From NCBI GenBank assembly GCA_040753675.1, contig JBFMEB010000004.1, positions 4,288-68,287 on the forward strand: a stretch of 64,000 nucleotides of DNA. Reading direction: 5' to 3'. The stretch comes from Candidatus Omnitrophota bacterium (GTDB lineage: Bacteria; Omnitrophota; Gorgyraeia; JAHJTE01). Positions 1-8,228 of the stretch are shown piece by piece; position 1 is the stretch's first letter, and each line of letters opens with the position of its first letter. The translations under genes and the position numbers were made by a program. Below the pieces are notes generated by a model that did not search any database, was not told the origin of the DNA, and worked only from the letters and a program-made list of their open reading frames with translations.

Positions 1-2125
1 CCATAACCTCGGGTATTTTCTTGGCTATGCCTCGTCGTAACATATCTGCTTGAGATAGGCTAAATCCAGCCAAGTCGCTTGCTATGCGCATAACCTGTTC
101 TTGGTATACGATTATGCCATAAGTCTCCTCTAAGATAGCTTTTAATGCCGGATGTTCATAATGTATAGAGACCTTACCATGTTTTCTATTAATAAAATCA
201 TCCAGCATCCCGCTTCCGATAGGGCCCGGGCGATATAAAGCCAGAAGAGCAATTAAATCTTCAAAGCGGCTTGGGATTGTCCGCTTTAATAGATCGCGCA
301 TACCTGAACTTTCTAACTGGAAAATGCCGATTGATTTTGCACTGGCTAGCAACTTAAATGTCTTTGTATCATCTAAAGGAATTTGTTCAAAATTAATATC
401 GATATTGCGTCTCTGCTTTATAATTTTTATAGCATCTTCTTTCACTGTAAGTGTTCTTAAGCCCAGAAAATCCATTTTTAAAAGACCGATTTTCTCTAAG
501 GCAGTCATAGAATATCCAGTGGTAATCTGTTCATCAGTCTTAAATAAAGGGGCGTATTCGGTAAGAGGACGGTCAGAAATTACTACCCCGGCAGCATGAG
601 TCGATGCATGCCTGGTTAAGCCCTCTAAAACTTTAGCAGTATCAATAAGTTTGGTTATCTGCTTATCTTCGTCATAAAGCTTTTTGAGTTCAGGTTCTTG
701 CTTTACTGCTTCAGATAAACTTATATTCGGATCAGGCGGAACCAATTTTGCAATTCTGTCAACATCTGCATAAGCAATACCCATAACCCTGCCTACATCT
801 CGAATCGCCGCCCGCGCCTGCATTGTCCCAAAGGTAATGATTTGCGCTACGTTATTAACAGAATATTTTTTCGTCACGTAATCAATTACTTCCTGCCTTC
901 GTTCGTAACAAAAATCAATATCTATATCCGGCAGGCCCAAACGCGCAGGATTTAAGAAACGTTCGAAAATCAGACTGTATTTTAAAGGGTCAATATCAGT
1001 AATCCCTAATAAGTAGCTTACAAGACTTCCCGCTGCAGAACCGCGTCCCGGACCAACTGGGATATGTTGTTCCTTTGCATAACGAATAAAATCCCAGACG
1101 ATTAAAAAGTAACTGGTAAATCCAGTTTTTTCTATAATTTCTAACTCGTGCTTAAGACGTTCTTCTACAGCAGCGGTTGGATTCGGATATCTTTTTTTTA
1201 AGCCCTCTTTACATAAATTTAGTAAAAAGTCCTGCTTGCTTTTGCCATTCGGCACTTCAAAATGAGGCAAGTGAATCTGAGAAAAATCAAATTCAAGGTT
1301 GCATTTCTCCGCAATGACAATGGTATTAGTTAACGCCTCTGGGCAATAGGAAAAACGCTGTTTCATCTCCTGCGCACTTTTAAAATAGAATTCATCTGTC
1401 TGAAATTTCATCCGATTCGGATCTTGTAAGGTAGTCTGTGTTTGTATGCATAAAAGTGCCTCATGAGCAGGTGCGTGCTCTTTTAAAGGATAATGCACGT
1501 CATTTGTTGCAACCACTGGAATATTCAGTTCTTTTGAAATCTTGAGCAGTCCTTCGTTTACTTTTGACTGCTCTGGGATCTTATTTTCTTGGATTTCTAA
1601 ATAAAAATTCTCTTTGCCAAAAATCTGATAATATTCATCAGCTACCTTGAAGGCATCATTCATACGTTTGAAATTTATTAGATACGCAATTTCGCCTTTC
1701 AGGCAGGCACTTAAACCAAGTAGGCCTTCGCAATATTCGCTTAAAGTCTGTTTATCAATTCTTGGCCGGTAATAAAAACCCTCCAGATAACCGATGGAAA
1801 TCAGCTTCATTAAATTCTTATAGCCAATTTCATCCTTGGCTAATAATATTAAGTGGTATGCTGCTTCTTCATTTAAAGATATTGTTCTATCCCGCCTGTC
1901 TTTGGGAGCAACATAAACTTCGCTACCAATAATTGGTTTGACCCCGGCATTCATAGCTGCAAGGTAGAAATCTATTGCACCAAACATATTGCCGTGGTCG
2001 GTTATGGCTAAGGCAGGCATTTTATACTGTTGGGCAAGCTTTACTATTTCGCTGATTCGGCAGGCGCCGTCTAAGAGGCTATATTGGGTGTGCAAATGAA
2101 GGTGGACAAAATCAGAGTGCTGCAT
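1..2125 (-). CDS. dnaE: DNA polymerase III alpha subunit, N-terminal ~708 aa (PHP domain and polymerase core); C-terminus lies beyond the window start
   Basis: Minus-strand ATG at 2125-2123 reads MQHSDFVHLHLHTQYSLLDGACRISEIVKLAQQYKMPALAITDHGNMFGAIDFY..., a typical DnaE PHP N-terminus. My own translation stays open to position 1. Not in the ORF track because it is truncated by the window edge. Confidence 0.85.
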   Translation of the reverse strand, partial: MQHSDFVHLHLHTQYSLLDGACRISEIVKLAQQYKMPALAITDHGNMFGAIDFYLAAMNAGVKPIIGSEVYVAPKDRRDRTISLNEEAAYHLILLAKDEIGYKNLMKLISIGYLEGFYYRPRIDKQTLSEYCEGLLGLSACLKGEIAYLINFKRMNDAFKVADEYYQIFGKENFYLEIQENKIPEQSKVNEGLLKISKELNIPVVATNDVHYPLKEHAPAHEALLCIQTQTTLQDPNRMKFQTDEFYFKSAQEMKQRFSYCPEALTNTIVIAEKCNLEFDFSQIHLPHFEVPNGKSKQDFLLNLCKEGLKKRYPNPTAAVEERLKHELEIIEKTGFTSYFLIVWDFIRYAKEQHIPVGPGRGSAAGSLVSYLLGITDIDPLKYSLIFERFLNPARLGLPDIDIDFCYERRQEVIDYVTKKYSVNNVAQIITFGTMQARAAIRDVGRVMGIAYADVDRIAKLVPPDPNISLSEAVKQEPELKKLYDEDKQITKLIDTAKVLEGLTRHASTHAAGVVISDRPLTEYAPLFKTDEQITTGYSMTALEKIGLLKMDFLGLRTLTVKEDAIKIIKQRRNIDINFEQIPLDDTKTFKLLASAKSIGIFQLESSGMRDLLKRTIPSRFEDLIALLALYRPGPIGSGMLDDFINRKHGKVSIHYEHPALKAILEETYGIIVYQEQVMRIASDLAGFSLSQADMLRRGIAKKIPEVM

Positions 2126-2131
2126 GGTGAG

Positions 2132-3673
2132 TTATTCCCACTCAATTGTAGCAGGAGGCTTTGAGCTGATATCGTAGACTACGCGATTTACGCCCCTTAC
2201 CTCATTTATTATTCTGTTTGAAATCTTTTCTAAGAGTCTAAAAGAGAGTTTTGCCCAGTCCGCAGTCATACCATCTAGGCTAGTCACGCAGCGAATAGCC
2301 ACAACATTTTCATAAGAACGCTTATCGCCCATTACCCCGACTGTCTTTATAGGTAAGAGTACTGCAAATGCCTGCCAGATCTGGTGATATTTTTTTGCCT
2401 TCTTAATCTCCTCAATAACAATATCATCTACTTCTCTTAAGAGATCTAACCGCTCTTTAGTAACCTCGCCAATAATCCGTACTGCCAAGCCCGGCCCTGG
2501 AAAAGGATGCCGTTGCGCAATATGCTCTGGTAAGTCTAAAACCTTAGCAATCTCTCTTACTTCATCTTTAAATAATTCTCTCAATGGCTCAATAAGTTTT
2601 AATTTGAAATTTTTAGGTAAGCCTCCGACGTTATGATGGCTTTTTATCCTTGCGCTGGGTGAGCCGATAGGAGAAACAGATTCTATAACATCTGGATAAA
2701 GAGTTCCTTGGGCTAAGAATTTTGCATCTTTAAATTTTACTGCCTCTTTCGTAAAAACCTCGATAAATTCTTTGCCAATAATCCTGCGCTTCTGTTCAGG
2801 GTCAATCACTCCTTTTAATTTATCCAAAAATCTGCTTTGTTCATTTACAAAGTCAATATTAAGGTTGAGATTATCCTGGAATACTTCCTTAACCCTTTTT
2901 GCCTCATCCTTTCTTAATAGGCCGTTATCTACAAATATGCATTTTGACTTATTCCCAATCGCCTTATGCAATAGTAGAGCCAAAACCGAAGAGTCCACGC
3001 CGCCAGAGAGGCCACAGATAACCTCCCCCTCTTTAACTTTTTCTCTAATCTGGTTAATTGCCTCACTTACAAAAGACTCTATCTGCCAATTGCCACGGCA
3101 GCGGCAAATTTCAAATAGAAAATTTGCCAAAATATTTTTTCCCAAAGGGGTGTGCACTACTTCCGGATGGAACTGCACGCCAAAAATTTTATTTTTAGTG
3201 TTGCTGACAGCAGCAAATTTAGAATTTTTAGTGTGGGCGATTGACTTAAAATCAGGTGGTAATTTCTTTAAAGAATCTCCGTGGCTCATCCAGCATGTAA
3301 TTTTTTTTGGTATGCCCCTAAATAGACCCTTTGCATCATTTATAAAAAGTGTTGCCTTGCCATATTCGCGCTTAATTCCCTGATTAACCTCACCGCCTAA
3401 ATTCTGGCCGATTAATTGCATCCCGTAACAAATGCCTAAAATCGGTAATCTTAATTTAAAAATTCCTTTGTTTGGATGTGGCGAGCCTTTATCGTAGACG
3501 CTGGAAGGACCTCCGGAAAGAATAATGCCTTTAGGATTAATTTTGCGAATGGTAGAGACTGAGATATTGAAAGGGACAATCTGACTATAGACTTTAAGTT
3601 CTCGAATTCTACGAGCAATTAACTGAGTATATTGAGAGCCAAAGTCTAAGATAATGACGGTTTCACGCAACAC
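2132..3673 (-). CDS. guaA: GMP synthase (glutamine-hydrolysing)
   Basis: 513 aa with a GATase-1 N-terminus ([18 protein letters not shown]...CYGMQ) and an ATP-PPase motif (SGGVDSSV) followed by the GMP synthase C-terminal domain (PATIEWE end). Confidence 0.95.
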   Translation of the reverse strand: MLRETVIILDFGSQYTQLIARRIRELKVYSQIVPFNISVSTIRKINPKGIILSGGPSSVYDKGSPHPNKGIFKLRLPILGICYGMQLIGQNLGGEVNQGIKREYGKATLFINDAKGLFRGIPKKITCWMSHGDSLKKLPPDFKSIAHTKNSKFAAVSNTKNKIFGVQFHPEVVHTPLGKNILANFLFEICRCRGNWQIESFVSEAINQIREKVKEGEVICGLSGGVDSSVLALLLHKAIGNKSKCIFVDNGLLRKDEAKRVKEVFQDNLNLNIDFVNEQSRFLDKLKGVIDPEQKRRIIGKEFIEVFTKEAVKFKDAKFLAQGTLYPDVIESVSPIGSPSARIKSHHNVGGLPKNFKLKLIEPLRELFKDEVREIAKVLDLPEHIAQRHPFPGPGLAVRIIGEVTKERLDLLREVDDIVIEEIKKAKKYHQIWQAFAVLLPIKTVGVMGDKRSYENVVAIRCVTSLDGMTADWAKLSFRLLEKISNRIINEVRGVNRVVYDISSKPPATIEWE

Positions 3674-4846
3674 TTACTTTCCCATCCCTACGCGCTGCAC
3701 TGCCTGGAAAATTTTTCCTTCTGTCTGAATCGAGGGAGCAATGATTATTTCTACATCGTGCATCTGTTTTATATTAGCAGCACCTAGCGACCCCATAGAA
3801 GTAGCAAGAGCTCCCATTAAATTCTGAGAGCCGTCATCTACCTTTGCCGGCCCAAAAAGTATCTCTTCCAATGAACCAGCAGTGCCTACTTTGATCCGTG
3901 TGCCGCGAGGTAGGTTTATATTGCTTGTGGCCATGCCCCAATGAAATCCTTTTCCCGGTGCTTCCTTAGCCCTGGCAAAAGAAGAACCAATCATTACTGC
4001 ATCTGCGCCGCTGGCAAATGCCTTACAAATATCTCCTCCGGTACGCATACCGCCGTCACAAATAATAGCTATATATTTTCCAGTTCGCTTATAATAATAA
4101 TCTCGCGCTGCAGCTGCATCTATGGTTGAGGTTACCTGAGGCACACCAATTCCTAAAACACCTCGTGTGGTGCAGGCTGCGCCAGGTCCTATTCCGACTA
4201 GTACTCCAGCAATGCCAGTACTAAGTAGCTCTAAGGTAACTTCATAAGTAACACAATTCCCGAGTAATACTGGAACTCTCATACTTCTTACAAAGGCGGC
4301 AATGTCTAATGACTTATATGCCTTAGAAATATGGCGCACAGTGGTAACTGTGGACTGAACTACAAAAAAGTCAACCCCTGCTTCCTGAGATATCCTGCCA
4401 AAACGCTCTGCGTTAGCAGGCGTGCAACTCACTATTGCACAAACACCTTCTTTTTTTATCTGGCTTATTCTTCTGGAGATAAGTTTTTCTTTAATCGGCT
4501 CTTTATAAATTGCCTGAACTAATTTTGTTGCCTGTTCAGTGCTGGCTTTGGCGATTTTGCCTAAAACCGTAGCAGGATTTTCATACCTGGTCTGCACGCC
4601 TTCAAGATTTAAGACTGCTAAGCCACCTAACTTACCCATAGTAACGGCAAAATGCACATCAACCACGCCATCCATTGCTGCGGCGATAATTGGAACTTTA
4701 AATTTCTTGCCGTCTAATGTAAAACTGGTATCTACATCCTCTGGATTTATGGTTATTGTTCCCGGCGCTAAAGCAATTTCATCAAAGCCATAACAGCGCC
4801 GTGCTCGCCTTCCTATTCCAACCCATTCTGCCATATAATACCTCAC
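3674..4846 (-). CDS. guaB: IMP dehydrogenase family protein, short form lacking the CBS pair (catalytic Cys loop present)
   Basis: 390 aa TIM-barrel IMPDH fold with the catalytic loop GIGPGAACTTRGVLGIGVPQ and the motif GGMRTGGDICKAFASGADAVMIGS. Lies immediately upstream of guaA. Confidence 0.75.
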   Translation of the reverse strand: MRYYMAEWVGIGRRARRCYGFDEIALAPGTITINPEDVDTSFTLDGKKFKVPIIAAAMDGVVDVHFAVTMGKLGGLAVLNLEGVQTRYENPATVLGKIAKASTEQATKLVQAIYKEPIKEKLISRRISQIKKEGVCAIVSCTPANAERFGRISQEAGVDFFVVQSTVTTVRHISKAYKSLDIAAFVRSMRVPVLLGNCVTYEVTLELLSTGIAGVLVGIGPGAACTTRGVLGIGVPQVTSTIDAAAARDYYYKRTGKYIAIICDGGMRTGGDICKAFASGADAVMIGSSFARAKEAPGKGFHWGMATSNINLPRGTRIKVGTAGSLEEILFGPAKVDDGSQNLMGALATSMGSLGAANIKQMHDVEIIIAPSIQTEGKIFQAVQRVGMGK

Positions 4847-4907
4847 CTCGCTAATGACTATTTTTATTTAAAAAAACATTTTATCTGAAATCGTTAGTAG
4901 TGTCAAT

Positions 4908-4943
4908 TTAAAAAAAATAAGGGCGGGATTTCTCCTGCCCTTA
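4908..4943 (-). terminator. Rho-independent terminator downstream of groEL
   Basis: GC-rich hairpin AAGGGCGGGA-tttc-TCCTGCCCTT at about 4917-4942. It is followed, in the minus-strand transcript, by a run of U (plus-strand A-run 4908-4916). Confidence 0.6.
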
Positions 4944-4975
4944 TTTTTAGCTTTACGCTTTGCGTTTTTCGCTTT

Positions 4976-6607
4976 TTAATACATTCCTCCGCCCATTCCA
5001 CCAGGAGGCATTGCTGGCATAGCTGGCTTCTCCGGATCTGGTTTATCTGCCACCAAGCTTTCAGTAGTAAGTAAAAGCGCTGCAATACTGGAAGCATTCT
5101 GTAATGCAGAACGAGTAACCTTAGTTGGATCAATTACCCCTGCATCTATCATATCAACATATTTGTCCTGGTTAACATCATAACCCTCGTTAGTGGATAG
5201 TTCTTTGATTTTCTGCACAACCACCGAGCCTTCCAGCCCAGCATTAAAGGTAAGTTGGCGAACCGGCTCTTCCAAAGCGCGCTTAATTATATCCACGCCA
5301 ATCTTCTCATCGCCTTTAAGTTTCAATTCATCTAATGACTTAATTGTCCTCAGTAATGCAACGCCGCCGCCAGGGACAATTCCTTCTTCTTTAGCAGCTC
5401 TAGTAGCATGCAAGGCATCTTCTACACGGGCTTTCTTTTCTTTCATCTCGGTTTCCGTAGCTGCGCCAACGTTAATAACTGCTACTCCGCCGGCAAGTTT
5501 TGCTAAACGTTCCTGCAATTTCTCTTTATCATAATCAGAATCGCTAGTCTCAATCTGCTTTTTAATTTGAGCGATTCTGCCGTTTAAAGTGGAAGTTTTT
5601 CCAGCTCCTTCAACGATTGTGGTATTATCCTTGTCTATCTTCACTCTCTTTGCCTTGCCTAAATCATCTAAATTAACGTTTTCTAATTTTATGCCTAAAT
5701 CTTCGGTAATTGCCTTACCGCCGGTCAATATGGCAATATCTTCTAACATTGCTTTGCGTCTGTCGCCGTAACCAGGGGCTTTTACTGCCACGCAGTTTAA
5801 TGTTCCGCGAATCTTATTAACTACTAAGGTAGCTAATGCCTCACCTTCAACATCCTCGGCAATAATAAGCAAAGGTGAACCTATTTTGGCAATCTGCTCT
5901 AAAAGGGGCAATAAATCTTTTAAGGAGCTAATTTTTTTCTCATAGATAAGAATAAGCGGATTATCCAGAACGCATTCCATGCGCTCGGCATCAGTAACAA
6001 AATAGGGTGACAAATAACCTTGGTCAAATTGCATGCCTTCTACCAAGTCTAATGTAGTAGCCATTGATTTTGCTTCTTCTACGGTTATAACGCCATCTTT
6101 ACCGACTTTTTCCATGGCATCGGCAATTAAATCTCCGATAACCTTATCGCAGTTTGAGGCAATATAACCAACTTGTGCGACTTCCTTTTTATCCTTGATA
6201 TCTTTGGATAATTTTTTCAATTCCTCAATTACCCTTTCAACTGCCTTTTCAATGCCGCGCTTTAAAGCCATTGGGTTTGCGCCGGCAGTGACGTTTCTTA
6301 AGCCCTCTTTATATATTGCCTCAGCTAAAATAGTCGCGGTAGTAGTTCCGTCACCGGCAATATCCGAGGTTTTTTCTGCAACCTCTTTAACCATCTGAGC
6401 GCCCATATTTTCATAAGGGTCCTCAAGCTCGATTTCCTTTGCTACAGTGACACCGTCCTTAGTAATAGTTGGCGAACCGAATTTCTTATCCAGAATTACA
6501 TTTCTTCCTTTTGGTCCCAGGGTTACTTTCACTGCTGCGGATAATTGTTCTATACCGCGCAAAATAGCCTGCCGGGCTTCTTCTCTAAATGCTAACTGCT
6601 TTGCCAT
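4976..6607 (-). CDS. groEL: Chaperonin GroEL (Hsp60)
   Basis: 543 aa; [14 protein letters not shown]... with a C-terminal GGM repeat tail ([11 protein letters not shown]). Confidence 0.97.
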   Translation of the reverse strand: MAKQLAFREEARQAILRGIEQLSAAVKVTLGPKGRNVILDKKFGSPTITKDGVTVAKEIELEDPYENMGAQMVKEVAEKTSDIAGDGTTTATILAEAIYKEGLRNVTAGANPMALKRGIEKAVERVIEELKKLSKDIKDKKEVAQVGYIASNCDKVIGDLIADAMEKVGKDGVITVEEAKSMATTLDLVEGMQFDQGYLSPYFVTDAERMECVLDNPLILIYEKKISSLKDLLPLLEQIAKIGSPLLIIAEDVEGEALATLVVNKIRGTLNCVAVKAPGYGDRRKAMLEDIAILTGGKAITEDLGIKLENVNLDDLGKAKRVKIDKDNTTIVEGAGKTSTLNGRIAQIKKQIETSDSDYDKEKLQERLAKLAGGVAVINVGAATETEMKEKKARVEDALHATRAAKEEGIVPGGGVALLRTIKSLDELKLKGDEKIGVDIIKRALEEPVRQLTFNAGLEGSVVVQKIKELSTNEGYDVNQDKYVDMIDAGVIDPTKVTRSALQNASSIAALLLTTESLVADKPDPEKPAMPAMPPGGMGGGMY

Positions 6608-6620
6608 AATAATCCTCCTT

Positions 6621-6865
6621 TAATGAACAGATAATTTATGGAACGATAGTGACATAAATTATAGTCCCGAAGTTTCGGGACGTCTGTGAATTAAACCCCC
6701 ACACCATATTTTACAGAAAAAATTGGCTTTCAAATAAAACGTTTTTTTCGGATTCAACTTTTTATATTTAATATAAGACATCTTGGTAAAATTGGTGTGG
6801 GGGTAAATTTAACCATACAACTTAGCTTCACCTAATGCTTGTTCGCTAAGTTGTGGCTTCATTTA
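6621..6865. mobile_element. MITE-like repeated intergenic element, copy 1 of 3, inserted between groES stop and groEL start
   Basis: Shares its termini with the copies at 38408-38639 and 47909-48187: AATGA(A/G)CAGAYAAYTTATGGAA at one end and TTCCATAAGTTGTGGCYTCAYTTA at the other. These form imperfect ~16-bp terminal inverted repeats. The internal long stem uses a different, compensatory sequence here (AAACCCCCACACCATATTTTAC / GTAAAATTGGTGTGGGGGT). Confidence 0.6.
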
Positions 6866-7153
6866 CTTTATAATCGCCAGTATATCCTCTTCGCGCATAA
6901 TAATATATTCTTCGCCGTCTTTTGTGGTAATCTCGTTTCCAGCGTATTTTCCATATAATACCTTATCGCCAACCTTGACTTCTAATTTCGCAACTGTGCC
7001 GTTGTCTAAAATCTTGCCTTTACCAACTGCAATTACTTTACCTTCCTGCGGTTTCTCTTTTGCAGTATCAGGCAATACTATGCCGCCTTTTGTCTTGTTC
7101 TCTGCTTCTAATGATTTTATTACTACCCTGTCTCCTAATGGCTGTATATCCAT
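6863..7153 (-). CDS. groES: Co-chaperonin GroES (Hsp10)
   Basis: 96 aa; [44 protein letters not shown]. Confidence 0.95.
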   Translation of the reverse strand: MDIQPLGDRVVIKSLEAENKTKGGIVLPDTAKEKPQEGKVIAVGKGKILDNGTVAKLEVKVGDKVLYGKYAGNEITTKDGEEYIIMREEDILAIIK

Positions 7154-7186
7154 TTCCTACACCCCCTTATTTTGCTTCGCAAAATT

Positions 7187-7277
7187 CACAGATTAGCACA
7201 GATTAAGGAGCGACAGATTAACACAGATAAAATTATCTGTGATCATCTGTATCTTTTAATCTGTGATTATCTGTGTG
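7187..7277. repeat. Palindromic repeat array: CACAGATTA x4 direct, then TAATCTGTG-type x4 in inverse orientation
   Basis: Read directly in the groES upstream spacer. Includes the near-perfect palindrome CACAGATAAAATTATCTGTG. Confidence 0.55.
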
Positions 7278-7288
7278 TCCTCACTTAA

Positions 7289-7315
7289 TTAGCACTCTTT
7301 TTTGTTGATTGCTAA
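7289..7315. promoter_or_regulatory. CIRCE-like HrcA operator upstream of groES
   Basis: TTAGCACTC-N9-GATTGCTAA, against the consensus TTAGCACTC-N9-GAGTGCTAA (one mismatch). It lies about 135 bp upstream of the groES start. Confidence 0.6.
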
Positions 7316-7345
7316 TATTACTGGAAAAAATATTTTACATAATTT

Positions 7346-8140
7346 TTAAATTTTGTCAAGCAAAATCTGAGCAAGTAAAGCAATGCCTCGCAAGGTCAAG
7401 GTCTGGTCTATAAAGTCGACACTTTTCTTTAAAAACGGTATCATTAATTTTGCATCCCCGCCAGTCAAAATTACCTTTGTATCTTTGCCTAAAATATGTT
7501 TTAATTCTCTAATCAGGCCTTTAATCATTAAAGAAGAACCAATCATTACTCCGCTATATATACTTTCACAAGTCTCTGTTCCAATAAGCTTAAATTTCTT
7601 ATTTGCTTTAGGTAATTGTAATTTGGGAAGTAAGGCTGTGCCTTTATCCAAAGCATCAAGGCTCAAATTTAAGCCAGGAGCAATTATACCTCCAAGATAT
7701 TCACCTTTCTTAGAAACAATATCAAAAGTAATTGCAGTACCCATATCAATAATAATTAGCGGCTTGCCATAGATTGTTTTGCCTGCAAAGGCATTGATGA
7801 GCCTATCCTCTCCAACTGATTTTGGTTTTTTGTATAGATTTTTTATAGGAACAATAAGATCCTTACCCAAAATCAATACCTTAATGTCAAAAGTTTTCTT
7901 TAACAATTTAGCTAAAGGATAATTCATATGCGGCACAACGCTACAAATTATTGCACTACTAGTTCTAAAGTGCCTTCTTTTTATTGATAAACCAAAGTGA
8001 GCAATATTCTCCTTAAGTCTTGAGCGACTAATCTTGGTAGGAATTCTAATTTGTGAAATCAATTTGTTGGCTTTAAACAGCCCTAAGTGAATACTGGTAT
8101 TACCTATATCTATGGCGATTATTATTAATTTATGTTTCAT
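7346..8140 (-). CDS. coaX: Type III pantothenate kinase
   Basis: 264 aa; IIAIDIGNTSIHLGLF at the N-terminus, GEDRLINAFAG, and the Fumble/CoaX fold motifs IIDMGTAITFD and LTGGDAKL. Confidence 0.8.
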   Translation of the reverse strand: MKHKLIIIAIDIGNTSIHLGLFKANKLISQIRIPTKISRSRLKENIAHFGLSIKRRHFRTSSAIICSVVPHMNYPLAKLLKKTFDIKVLILGKDLIVPIKNLYKKPKSVGEDRLINAFAGKTIYGKPLIIIDMGTAITFDIVSKKGEYLGGIIAPGLNLSLDALDKGTALLPKLQLPKANKKFKLIGTETCESIYSGVMIGSSLMIKGLIRELKHILGKDTKVILTGGDAKLMIPFLKKSVDFIDQTLTLRGIALLAQILLDKI

Positions 8141-8228
8141 ATTTTTAACGCTAATTCTCGCAAATGTAACGCGAATCTACGCTAATAAAATTAGCGATTA
8201 TTGGCGTGTAATTAGCGACTATTCGCGT
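8141..8228. repeat. Long imperfect palindrome built from ACGCTAAT / CGCGAAT motifs and their reverse complements
   Basis: Left half: AACGCTAAT...CGCAAAT...AACGCGAAT...ACGCTAAT. Right half: ATTAGCGAT...ATTAGCGAC...ATTCGCGTT. Same architecture and related motifs as 51181-51295. Confidence 0.45.

Noticed and set aside
324-599. Plus-strand track ORFs antisense to long minus-strand genes, e.g. 324-599, 2772-3383, 5193-5534, 7383-7772, 26831-27160, 47085-47603, 54781-55218
   Set aside because: Each lies entirely inside a minus-strand gene with strong homology (dnaE, guaA, groEL, coaX, hom, KPR, ftsH). Their translations are low-complexity with no motifs. Treated as antisense artefacts.
4903-5133. 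Track ORFs 4903-5133 (-) and 40864-41049 (-)
   Set aside because: They overlap the 3' end of groEL and the SRPBCC/cyclase genes in other frames. No homology signal.
7187-7277. Possibility that the short direct-repeat arrays are CRISPR arrays
   Set aside because: Repeat units are only 7-10 bp with no unique spacers of 25-40 bp between them. No cas genes are in the window.
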